Source of the DNA: an uncultured Erythrobacter sp.
GTDB taxonomy: Bacteria; Pseudomonadota; Alphaproteobacteria; Sphingomonadales; Sphingomonadaceae
Assembly (NCBI GenBank): GCA_938015255.1
Contig: CALLQC010000017.1
Span: 1 to 61,263 of the forward strand
Length of the DNA stretch: 61,263 nt
Reading direction: 5' to 3'
Shown one piece after another: positions 1 through 8,812 of this stretch (position 1 is its first letter; the number at the start of each line of letters is the position of its first letter). The position numbers and the translations under genes were made by a program. A model generated the notes under the pieces. It ran no database searches, was not told the origin of the DNA, and worked only from the letters and a program-made list of their open reading frames with translations.

Positions 1-1
1 C

Positions 2-478
2 GCGACCGGGCAGCGGATCTCCGGCTGGCTCGCTCCAGCGCTAACCTACACTGATCGCACCATTGATCTGCTTGCAGATATGGGCCTGTCCTACACTTGT
101 GACCTGTTCCACGACGATCAGGTGACACCAGTGAACACGCCAACCGGGAAACTGTGCTCTGTACCCTACAGCCTGGAATACAATGATTCCATTGCGTTTC
201 AGGTGAACAATCTGCCGCCGCGCCGCTATTTCGATATGCTGAAGGCGGGCTTTGACAGATTGTACGAGGAAGGGACAGAATCGGGCACAGTCATGTGCAT
301 TCCGCTTCATGCGTATCTCGTCTCGCATCCCTATCGGATGGAAAGCTTTGCCCAAATTCTGGACTACATCTGTGGCCATGACGATGTTTGGGTCACCACC
401 GCCGGCGAGATCGCCAAATATTGGACCGAGAATTATTTGGATGCAGCGGTGTCCGATATCGCGCGAGGAAACGCTTGA
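2..478 (+). CDS. Polysaccharide deacetylase / PuuE-like (NodB-fold) protein, 5' end outside window
   Basis: Frame open from base 2 (ATGQRISGWLAPAL...). Motifs YTCDLFHDDQ, VPYSLEYND, IPLHAYLVSHPYR and DVWVTTAGEIA are typical of PuuE-like deacetylases. Confidence 0.85.
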   Translation, partial: ATGQRISGWLAPALTYTDRTIDLLADMGLSYTCDLFHDDQVTPVNTPTGKLCSVPYSLEYNDSIAFQVNNLPPRRYFDMLKAGFDRLYEEGTESGTVMCIPLHAYLVSHPYRMESFAQILDYICGHDDVWVTTAGEIAKYWTENYLDAAVSDIARGNA

Positions 479-1407
479 TGAGCAGCAAGCCGCAATTCCC
501 TGACGATCCGATGCGTCGTTATGGCATGGATCACGACCGGTATGATTGGTCGCTCTTACAAAAGCGGGCACCGGTTTCCTGGCCCGATGGCAAACGGATC
601 GCGCTGTGGGTGAACATCGCGGTCGAAGTGTTCCCGATGAATGGCGACGCCAAACCGTTCAAGCTGCCCGGATCGATGGTGAAGCCATACCCTGACCTGC
701 AAACCTACACGTGGCGCGATTATGGCAATCGAGTCGGAATCTATCGCGTCATGCGCGCGGCAGACAAGTTTGGCATCAAAACAGACTGGTCGGTCAATGC
801 GGCGATTGCCAAGAAGTATCCGCAATTGCTGCGCGATATTCTCGCTCGCGGCGAGGATGTGATCGCGCACGGGATGGATATGGCCACCCCGCACCATGGC
901 GGCATGCCCGAGGCTGAAGAGCGAGCGCTGGTGGGAAAGACTTTGCGAATGCTAAAGGATGGCGGAGCCGAGAATATTCGCGGCTGGCTGTCACCGGGCA
1001 AGTCTCAGTCAGCTGTAACTCCAGAAATCCTCGCCGAGGCTGGAATGGAATTTCTGTGCGACTGGCCCAATGACGAGCTGCCTTATATGTTCCGTACAGA
1101 GGCTGGCAAAATCGTTTCCATGCCGCATTCATCCGACCTCAACGACCGGCGGATCATCGCCGATTTCCGGCATGACGAAGCCAGTTTCGTCGATCAAGTA
1201 AAGGATCACTACACCTATCTCTCGCGTGAGGCGGATGCCGAAGGAGGTAGGGTTATGTCGCTCACTTTGCATCCGTGGGTCACCGGCCAATCACACCGGA
1301 TTGCGGCGCTGGAGGAGGCGTTGAGCTTCCTTTCTGAACAGGCGGATATCTGGTTTGCATCGGGCGCAGAGATTTGTTCGGATTGGAAACGCCAGACTGG
1401 TAATTGA
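478..1407 (+). CDS. Polysaccharide deacetylase / PuuE-like protein (second of a tandem pair)
   Basis: ATG overlaps upstream stop (TGATG). Motifs WPDGKRIALWVNIAVE, DYGNRVGIYR, RGWLSP, DWPNDELPY and LHPWVTGQ. Confidence 0.88.
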   Translation: MSSKPQFPDDPMRRYGMDHDRYDWSLLQKRAPVSWPDGKRIALWVNIAVEVFPMNGDAKPFKLPGSMVKPYPDLQTYTWRDYGNRVGIYRVMRAADKFGIKTDWSVNAAIAKKYPQLLRDILARGEDVIAHGMDMATPHHGGMPEAEERALVGKTLRMLKDGGAENIRGWLSPGKSQSAVTPEILAEAGMEFLCDWPNDELPYMFRTEAGKIVSMPHSSDLNDRRIIADFRHDEASFVDQVKDHYTYLSREADAEGGRVMSLTLHPWVTGQSHRIAALEEALSFLSEQADIWFASGAEICSDWKRQTGN

Positions 1408-1411
1408 TTGA

Positions 1412-2665
1412 TCAGGCTTCGGCGTTTGGCTTGTACAACTTCCAGCCGAAGAGCGATACGAACGCATAACAAGCCAATGCCACCAAATAGGCAACGCTCG
1501 TGGTACGCGCATCAGCCACAAAGCCCATGATCAGCGGAACCACTGCGCCGCCAGAAACACCAAACACGAGGGCAGCAGCGCCGCGCTTCCTGTTTTCGCC
1601 CAAGCCGCGCAGGCCCAGTGCAAAGATTAGCGGATAGGTGCCTCCGCATCCGAACAGGGTTCCCATCAATGCGATGGTGGATACCGTGGGAATGTCCGCC
1701 ACGGCGACACCCAGCAACAGGACATTCCAGACCGCGAAGAACGTCAGCACGACATTGGTGGAGACCTTGCCAAGCATCGCAGTGGAAAAAATGCGACCCG
1801 CAAGAAACAGGCCCATTGCAATCGACAGCAGATAGGCCGCTTGGCTCGTTTCGATACCGGCCCAGTTCTCGGTCGCATAGTTGATAAAGAACGTGCCTAT
1901 TCCAACTTGCGCGCCAATGTTCAGCCATTGAGCAAAGACCGCCCATTTGAAGTGTCGATAATCCATCAATTTGGTTGAGATTGGCCCTTCCTGAGCTGCC
2001 TCATCGTGAGTCAGGATTGCGGCTTTAGGCAGCGGTGCCAACCCATAGATGATAGCAAAGACAATCACTGCCCCGCCGATTGCGCCATACGTCGCCACGA
2101 CAGAGCTCAGGGCGCCGCTTGTCGGGTTTTGGTCTGCGAAGAACACCATTCCGCCGATCAACGGCCCTGCAAACGTCCCAAGCCCGAACACGGATTGCGC
2201 GATGGCAATGCGGCGATCGGCGTTCTTCGACGGCCCCAGTAATGTAACGTAAGGACTTGCCGCCGTCTCGACACAGACCAGCCCTGTGGCAAGGATAAAG
2301 ATCGACGCCACGAAGAAATTGAAATTAACCGTTGTCGCTGACGGGATGAACATAAACGCGCCAGCCGCGTAGATCGCAAGACCGACCAGAATCGTGTACT
2401 TGTAACCGATTTTTTCGAGTAGCCGACCAGCAGGCCATACGACCGTTGCATAGGCACCGAAATACGCCGTCTGCAGCAAGGTGCTGCGCGCCTTGGTGAT
2501 ATCGAAAACATCTTGGAAATGCTTGTTGAGCACTTCCAACAAGCCGTATGACAACCCCCAGATGAAGAAAAGCGAGGTGGTCAGGGTGAGCGGCCATAGC
2601 AGGCTGCGGCCAGACGTGGGCGGCGTCCTGTTACTGCCTGCTAGAGTGCCATGTGTCATCTTCAT
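1412..2665 (-). CDS. MFS sugar:H+ symporter, FucP/GluP family
   Basis: About 12 hydrophobic segments; LFFIWG..LLEVLNKHF, QTAYFGAY, VETAASPYV, GAQVG. Start at 2665 or 2659; the ORF extension to 2761 is unlikely. Confidence 0.88.
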   Translation of the reverse strand: MKMTHGTLAGSNRTPPTSGRSLLWPLTLTTSLFFIWGLSYGLLEVLNKHFQDVFDITKARSTLLQTAYFGAYATVVWPAGRLLEKIGYKYTILVGLAIYAAGAFMFIPSATTVNFNFFVASIFILATGLVCVETAASPYVTLLGPSKNADRRIAIAQSVFGLGTFAGPLIGGMVFFADQNPTSGALSSVVATYGAIGGAVIVFAIIYGLAPLPKAAILTHDEAAQEGPISTKLMDYRHFKWAVFAQWLNIGAQVGIGTFFINYATENWAGIETSQAAYLLSIAMGLFLAGRIFSTAMLGKVSTNVVLTFFAVWNVLLLGVAVADIPTVSTIALMGTLFGCGGTYPLIFALGLRGLGENRKRGAAALVFGVSGGAVVPLIMGFVADARTTSVAYLVALACYAFVSLFGWKLYKPNAEA

Positions 2666-3015
2666 GCGCCCCTTGGGATCGGTGCTAGCAACCCGCGGAA
2701 AAATAATCGCAGTTATCAAACTGTGCGTTGAGTGCATTTTGGATCGCACGCCTTGTGACACCGAGCCATATGATCGCTATCTTGTTGTCGGAATGCGATA
2801 ACGGCCGGGATCGGGTGCATACGATTTTGCCGCAAGCGAATACCAGTCTTCACCATGGATGAGAGCGCGGATAACGTTGGGGAATGCAAGGCGCAGAATC
2901 TGCAAGGCCCTTGGAAGATCCGCACCGAGATTGGCAGTCGTCGCGAAACGCAGGCCGATACGCTTTTGGACGGCCGAATTCGTGTCAACGCTGTTTCCAG
3001 GATAATGATGCAACC

Positions 3016-4362
3016 ATGACACAAGCGGCCAAGAGCATCCAAGGCGCGTCAGACGTCACTCCATTGCCGTTCTATGTCACGTTTGGCTGGGGGCTTGGAT
3101 CGCTGGGTGTCCTGTCGCTGCTGTTTGTCACGAATGCGCTGGTTCTGAAATACGCCGTCGATGTTCTGGGGCTTTCCGCGCTGATCGCCGGCCTTGTGGC
3201 TGCGGGGTGCCGTATCTTTGATGCGCTGCTTGATCCGTTCATGGGCACCCTAAGCGACAATACCCGAACGCGCTGGGGGCGCAGACGTCCCTATATCCTG
3301 CTGGGGACTTTCCTGTGCGGCATCGCCTCGGTTCTGATATTCGCCGCGCCGGAGGCGATCAGTGAGGCAATGCTGCCGATCTATTTCGGCTTCGCGCTGA
3401 TTTTCTACGCGGTTGCCTACACGGTCTTCAACGTCCCCTACATGGCCATGCCCGTCGAAATGACCAAGGACCGGCACGAGCGGACCTTCATGTTCTCGTT
3501 TCGGGTGCATGCCGGGGCTATAGCCGGACTTATCGGTGGAGGGCTGGCGCCATTTCTTGTCGACTGGTTTGGTGGCGGTCGCAGCGGCTACGCATCAATG
3601 GGCGTTGTGATCGGTCTGTTCATCTTTGCCGCGTGTCTTGCGTGCTTCATCCTGACTTCGAAGGCGCCGGTGAATTTGGAAGCTCAAGCAGACAAATCGC
3701 CCAAGCTTTCGCAGATCAAGGAAACCTGGAAGAACAAGCCGTTCATTTGGCTGATGGTCGCCAAGGTTCTGGTCGTCGGCGGGGCCGGGATCGGTGGTTC
3801 AAGTATGGCATTTTTTGCGACAATCGTGCTGGAAAAATCGCTTAGCTGGCTGGCATACATCACGGCAGGGCAAATGATTGGTATCATGATCTCCCAGTTT
3901 CTGTGGCTCAAAATTGCCAAACGTTTCGGGAAGCGTTTAACCTTTATTGCGGCGGCCAGCCTCTACGTGGTGGCAACGGTGAGCTGGCTTACGGCTGCCC
4001 CAGAAACTACGGAAATCGGGGTTGTTATTCGAGCTTTTGCCATGGGCATCTGCATGGGCGGCATCATGTTGGCGAGTCAGGCAATGTTGCCCGACACGCT
4101 CGATCATGAATTTGAACTCACCGGGGTGCGGCACGAAGGGGTACTCACCGGCATTTATACCACGGTTGAGCGTGGGTCTTCGGCTCTCGGCGTGGCACTT
4201 GCCGGATTGATCCTGAGCGCAGGTGGTTATGTTGCTGGCGCGGCTGCCATAGATCAGCCTGCTTCTGCGATTGCCGCGATCTACGCATCGATGGCTGTTT
4301 TCCCCTCAATCGGGATGTTCGCGTCGGCGTGTGCAATCTGGAACTATCGATTAGAAGGGTGA
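3016..4362 (+). CDS. MFS transporter, GPH (MelB/glycoside-pentoside-hexuronide) family
   Basis: RIFDALLDPFMGTLSDNTRTRWGRRRPYIL signature; MLPD..D.E..TGVRHEG in the C-terminal half. Confidence 0.9.
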   Translation: MTQAAKSIQGASDVTPLPFYVTFGWGLGSLGVLSLLFVTNALVLKYAVDVLGLSALIAGLVAAGCRIFDALLDPFMGTLSDNTRTRWGRRRPYILLGTFLCGIASVLIFAAPEAISEAMLPIYFGFALIFYAVAYTVFNVPYMAMPVEMTKDRHERTFMFSFRVHAGAIAGLIGGGLAPFLVDWFGGGRSGYASMGVVIGLFIFAACLACFILTSKAPVNLEAQADKSPKLSQIKETWKNKPFIWLMVAKVLVVGGAGIGGSSMAFFATIVLEKSLSWLAYITAGQMIGIMISQFLWLKIAKRFGKRLTFIAAASLYVVATVSWLTAAPETTEIGVVIRAFAMGICMGGIMLASQAMLPDTLDHEFELTGVRHEGVLTGIYTTVERGSSALGVALAGLILSAGGYVAGAAAIDQPASAIAAIYASMAVFPSIGMFASACAIWNYRLEG

Positions 4363-5297
4363 TGGCAGTTATGGTTGGCTTCTTCCCTCGCTGCATGCTC
4401 TTGATTTTTGCAATCGGTGCGAGCGTAACCAGTGTGGCGGCTGTGGCGGAAGATAAAATGATGTTTCGTATGATTGATGGCGACGGCGGTGTTCCCTTGC
4501 GGGTAGTCGAAAAGGGCAATCCCGAAGGACCGACCATTTTGTTCATCCATGGGATGGCGCAAAGCACGCTATCTTTTGAAAGGCAGCTCAATTCCGACCT
4601 TGCCAAACGCTTCCGGCTTGTCGCTTTCGACCTGCGCGGGCACGGCGGTTCAGCAAAACCGTGGCGGTCTTCTGACTATGCCGGATCACGGGTCTGGGCC
4701 GCTGATGTGGCCGCAGTCATCGAAGCGCTGGAATTGCGCGATGTGACCATTGTTGGCTGGTCTTTCGGTGGATACGTCGCCGTCTCTTACCTTAGACATT
4801 ATGGCTATGATCGCGTGCGAGGGCTCAATCTCGTCGGGACCTCAGCCGGTCTTGTCGAATTCCAACCACCCAAGAACAGTTCGGTCGAAAAAGTGACGGG
4901 CAACCCGGATAGTGTGGCCAGGAGGTCTTCGCTGGATCTTGCTGAGCGGGTCGCGGCAATGCACGAATTTCCTGATCTGTTGACCGCCGAGCCGATGCAG
5001 CCCGATGACCGCGACGCATCGTTTTACAGTGGTATCATGCTGCCGGCATATGCATTGCGTTTGTTCGACAAACTGCCCCTCGATAACAGGGATATGTCTG
5101 AGCGTTTGACACTCCCGACACTGGTATCAATGGGAACTCTCGATATCGGGATGGATGTACCAAGCGCCCGTCGCCTTGACCTGGCGCTACCCAATTCAGA
5201 ACTGTCCCTGTTCGATGGCATTGGCCATTTCCCAGCATATGAATCTGCCGAGAGGTATAATCAAGAACTCACCGATTTCGTGAGTCGCTGCGATTGA
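4362..5297 (+). CDS. Secreted alpha/beta hydrolase (non-heme haloperoxidase/esterase-like)
   Basis: TGATG coupling to upstream gene; signal-like N-terminus; FIHG, DLRGHG, nucleophile GWSFGG, C-terminal GH. Confidence 0.85.
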   Translation: MAVMVGFFPRCMLLIFAIGASVTSVAAVAEDKMMFRMIDGDGGVPLRVVEKGNPEGPTILFIHGMAQSTLSFERQLNSDLAKRFRLVAFDLRGHGGSAKPWRSSDYAGSRVWAADVAAVIEALELRDVTIVGWSFGGYVAVSYLRHYGYDRVRGLNLVGTSAGLVEFQPPKNSSVEKVTGNPDSVARRSSLDLAERVAAMHEFPDLLTAEPMQPDDRDASFYSGIMLPAYALRLFDKLPLDNRDMSERLTLPTLVSMGTLDIGMDVPSARRLDLALPNSELSLFDGIGHFPAYESAERYNQELTDFVSRCD

Positions 5298-5373
5298 TCC
5301 GCGCCAGGTCGCACTAATTTTTTGACGAGGACGCCTGTGCCCTGGTCAATCGGCCATCCATGAGAATGCGTTT

Positions 5374-7752
5374 TCAGACGAGGTGAATCTTTCGCCCCGC
5401 AGTTAGCTGATTTGCGGCCCCCACAATCGCATCGGCATCGATCATGAAATGCTTGTAAAGGTCGCCGATAGTTCCGGTCTGGCCGAAATGCTCAACACCC
5501 AGAGGTGCAACGGCATGCCCTCTTACACCGCCAATCCATGCAAGCGTGGCGGGGTGCCCGTCCGTCACTGTGATCATCGTCGCATTGCGAGGGACAGTTT
5601 CGAGCAGTCGCTCTATCTGGCTGGTTGCATTTGCATGACCACGCGCTCTGGCGCGGCGTGCGGCGGTCCAGCCGGAATTGAGTCTGTCGGAACTGGTAAC
5701 AGCCAATACCGCAATGTCGCGGCGATCATTGCCAATTCGTCCTGCGGCCTCGATTACCTCCGGCGCAACACACCCTTGATAGGCAATCACGATTTCGGTG
5801 TTCGGGCTTGGCTCTCTCAGCCAATAAGCACCATCAATCACCCCCTGGCGAAACTCGTCGTTTTCGCGCGGCTTGGCATGGATTTGTTCAATCTGGCGAG
5901 TGGTCAGGCGCAGATAGATTGACCCACCGGTTTCATCGCGGAGCCACGTTCGCTCATCAGGATCCCCATCGCCGCCGCGCTGCATGTAGTCGAACGACCA
6001 ATCCATTATGATGGAAAGCTCATCAAGATATGCCGGTTCAAAACTGACGAGCCCGTCTTGGCTCATTCCGATCAATTGCGCACCGATGGATTGATGCGCA
6101 CCGCCTTCAGGGGCCAGGGTGACACCCGATGGTGTGCCGACGATCATGAAACGGGCATCTTGATAGCAGGCGTAGTTGAGAGCATCGAGACCGCGCGCCA
6201 CGAATGGGTCGTAAACCGTTCCAATTGGCAGCAATCGCTCCCCGAACAGTGAATGGGAAAGCCCTGCCGCGCCTAACAGCAGGAACAGGTTCATTTCAGC
6301 AATCCCAAGCTCGATATGCTGTCCGTCCGGTGAGAACTTCCATTTTTGCGCCGAAGGAATGCGTTGATCGCGAAAGGTGTCTGCAATCCCGACCCGGCTG
6401 AACAACCCTTGACGGTTCACCCATGCACCAAGATTGGTTGAAACCGTCACGTCGGGTGACGTGGTGACAATCCGGTCCGCAATCGGTGCTTCCGATTTGG
6501 CTATGGCGTCGAGGATTTTTCCGAACCCTGTCTGGGTTGATGCAAATCGGTCTTCCAGAAAAAAAGGCCCTTCGCTGGCGACGGTTGCTGCCGAATGGCG
6601 CCGGGGACCAGCCTTGAAGAATTCAGCGCTGTCCATCGCTACCTGCATTTTTGCAGGGTCAACCTGCCCGCCCTGCTTGTCCCATTCTTTGCCTTCAGGA
6701 ATGCCCATCTGCCTCTGGAATTCAGCCATTTGCGCTTTGTTCATCAGGCCAGCGTGATTGTCCTTGTGCCCTGCCAGCGGCGTTCCCCAACCCTTGATCG
6801 TATAGGCCAGAAAGACAGTGGGCCTGTCATCATCTACGGCGTCGAAGGCGTCGCACAACGTCTGGATGCACTGTCCACCCAGATTGTTCATCAGCTCGGT
6901 AAGCTCGTCATCCGAGTATGTGTCCAGCAGTGCGGTAACTTCACCCTCATCGCCGATATCGTCCGTCAGCCGCTCTCGCCAAGCCTTGCCGCCTTGAAAC
7001 GTGAGAGCAGAGTAATCCACGTTCGGGCAATTCTGGATCCATTCTTTGAGTGTGTCGCCGCCCGGCTGTTCGAAGGCAGCGCGCTGCAAAACGCCATGGC
7101 GCAGCACGACTGTCCGCCATCCAAACGCCTCAAAAATCGCTTCGATCTTTTCCCAAAGCCCTTCTCTGACAACGCCGTCCAAACTTTGCCGGTTGTAATC
7201 GATGATCCACCAGGTGTTGCGCAGGTTGTGTTTCCAACCTTCTTGAAGGCACTCGTAGATATTCCCTTCGTCGAGTTCAGCGTCTCCGACCAGGGCAACC
7301 ATTCTCCCTGTCTGATCTTCGGTGATCCAGGCGCGTTCGCTAAGGTAATCCTGAATAATCGAAGCGAACGCGGTGATGGCAACGCCCAGACCAACTGAGC
7401 CGGTCGAGAAATCGATATCATCGACATCCTTCGTTCGACTTGGATAGGATTGAACCCCGCCAAACCCTCTGAAGTTCTGCAGCAATTCGAGCGGGACATT
7501 GCCCATCAGGTATTGAATGGCGTGAAACACCGGGGACGCGTGAGGTTTCACCGCAACACGATCCTGAGGTTTGAGCGCGTGAAAATAGAGCGCGGTCATG
7601 ATCGATACCATTGAGGCGCAAGACGCTTGATGCCCCCCGACTTTGACGTCGCCATCCTCTTTTTCGCGAAGATGGTTCGCGTTATGGACGATCCAGCAGG
7701 CGAGCCACAACAGCTGTTGTTCGATTGACTTCAGATCGTCAACATTGCCCAT
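5374..7752 (-). CDS. ThDP-dependent AceE-like pyruvate dehydrogenase E1 / transketolase-family enzyme
   Basis: KVGGHQAS, VQSYPS, FSTGSVGLG, ThDP motif GDAELDEG...N, ELGIAEMN, EGGAHQS, LGVEHFGQTG. Confidence 0.88.
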   Translation of the reverse strand: MGNVDDLKSIEQQLLWLACWIVHNANHLREKEDGDVKVGGHQASCASMVSIMTALYFHALKPQDRVAVKPHASPVFHAIQYLMGNVPLELLQNFRGFGGVQSYPSRTKDVDDIDFSTGSVGLGVAITAFASIIQDYLSERAWITEDQTGRMVALVGDAELDEGNIYECLQEGWKHNLRNTWWIIDYNRQSLDGVVREGLWEKIEAIFEAFGWRTVVLRHGVLQRAAFEQPGGDTLKEWIQNCPNVDYSALTFQGGKAWRERLTDDIGDEGEVTALLDTYSDDELTELMNNLGGQCIQTLCDAFDAVDDDRPTVFLAYTIKGWGTPLAGHKDNHAGLMNKAQMAEFQRQMGIPEGKEWDKQGGQVDPAKMQVAMDSAEFFKAGPRRHSAATVASEGPFFLEDRFASTQTGFGKILDAIAKSEAPIADRIVTTSPDVTVSTNLGAWVNRQGLFSRVGIADTFRDQRIPSAQKWKFSPDGQHIELGIAEMNLFLLLGAAGLSHSLFGERLLPIGTVYDPFVARGLDALNYACYQDARFMIVGTPSGVTLAPEGGAHQSIGAQLIGMSQDGLVSFEPAYLDELSIIMDWSFDYMQRGGDGDPDERTWLRDETGGSIYLRLTTRQIEQIHAKPRENDEFRQGVIDGAYWLREPSPNTEIVIAYQGCVAPEVIEAAGRIGNDRRDIAVLAVTSSDRLNSGWTAARRARARGHANATSQIERLLETVPRNATMITVTDGHPATLAWIGGVRGHAVAPLGVEHFGQTGTIGDLYKHFMIDADAIVGAANQLTAGRKIHLV

Positions 7753-8254
7753 TTTTAGCCTAACCATTTTCTACTGTTCCCAAATGTTAGGCACAGCGTC
7801 CGTATCGTATTGAGAAGTTCGTTTGAAATGTGAAAAGTCGGCTCACATTGATCTGGCTCCGCATATTGCGGGGGCCGCCGAGCTTCAAGTGAAGGCGCCG
7901 CCAAAATTGCCAGATTACCGCATAGCGGCAAGAGCTCAACGTCTGAACTCAGTGTCAATGTCGCGCCAACTTAGGTCACGCGGTGTGTTTTGTCCTAGCT
8001 GGCACATCCTTTCTCGTGTCAATGCAATTGGGGATTGATTCCCACTCGGGCCAAAGACGCAACGCGATCATATTTCATAATAAATGCGAAAAGGGCAAAG
8101 TTCACCGAAAAACCATCGTTAGAGAGTCTCCAGAATTGCTGTCGCCGTACGATACTGGTTTCCGCTTACTATGAATGGAACCCAGCTATTGCCCAATCAA
8201 ACTCGAGCAATTCTTCATCTGTCCTATTGCTTCTTTCAATCGGATGATCGGGCC

Positions 8255-8704
8255 GGCACAACAGAAGATAAGGATCCGGTTTCAGGTTCCGCTCAACAAA
8301 GGGGATAAATACCCATTTTTATCGCCTGAGGTCATCCGCATGGTCGTGATGCGCTATGTTCGGTTTCTGCATTCGTTGCGGAACGAGGAGGATCTTCTCG
8401 CAAAGCTCGGCTAGACTTCTGCTGAGAGACCGTGAAGCTTTGGTGGAACCGTTAGTGCTGATGTTTGCGGCCCACAACAAGCGGCAGCGGACCAGGCGAA
8501 TGAACAGCTTACAGAAATTCGCATCCGTCCACGCCAACGTCCACAATCACTTCGTCTTTGAACGTCATCTCACCGACAGGCATACTTACATGTCCAACCG
8601 CTCAGTCGTACTGGCTGAGTGGCAAAGCCTAATGGCCTGAAGAGCTGCGAGGGTAGAGCGCTTCGCGTCGAGCGGAGACGACTTCGCGATAGACTGGCAG
8701 CACC
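8255..8704 (+). mobile_element. Degenerate, internally deleted IS6-family element (transposase pseudogene)
   Basis: N-terminal fragment SPEVIRMVVMRYVRF..SLRNEEDLL and ETVKLWWNR is joined to C-terminal fragment RRMNSLQKFASVHANVHNHF..ERHL..RS..LAEWQSL. In-frame stops and frameshifts are present and the DDE core is missing. Probable right end ...AGACTGGCAGCACC (8704); left end uncertain. Confidence 0.8.
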
Positions 8705-8812
8705 ACGCTCGAATTTTTCTTGAACCATCGTGGCGGGCTATCGATGAGATTACCGGTCGCGGATGTCCACCCAAAGCTTTCCTCGTCGCGGTACGCCAGC
8801 TAATCGGCTGAT

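Noticed and set aside
7770-8250. Short ORFs in the AT-richer gap
   Set aside because: No motifs or convincing RBS; probably promoter or decayed DNA.
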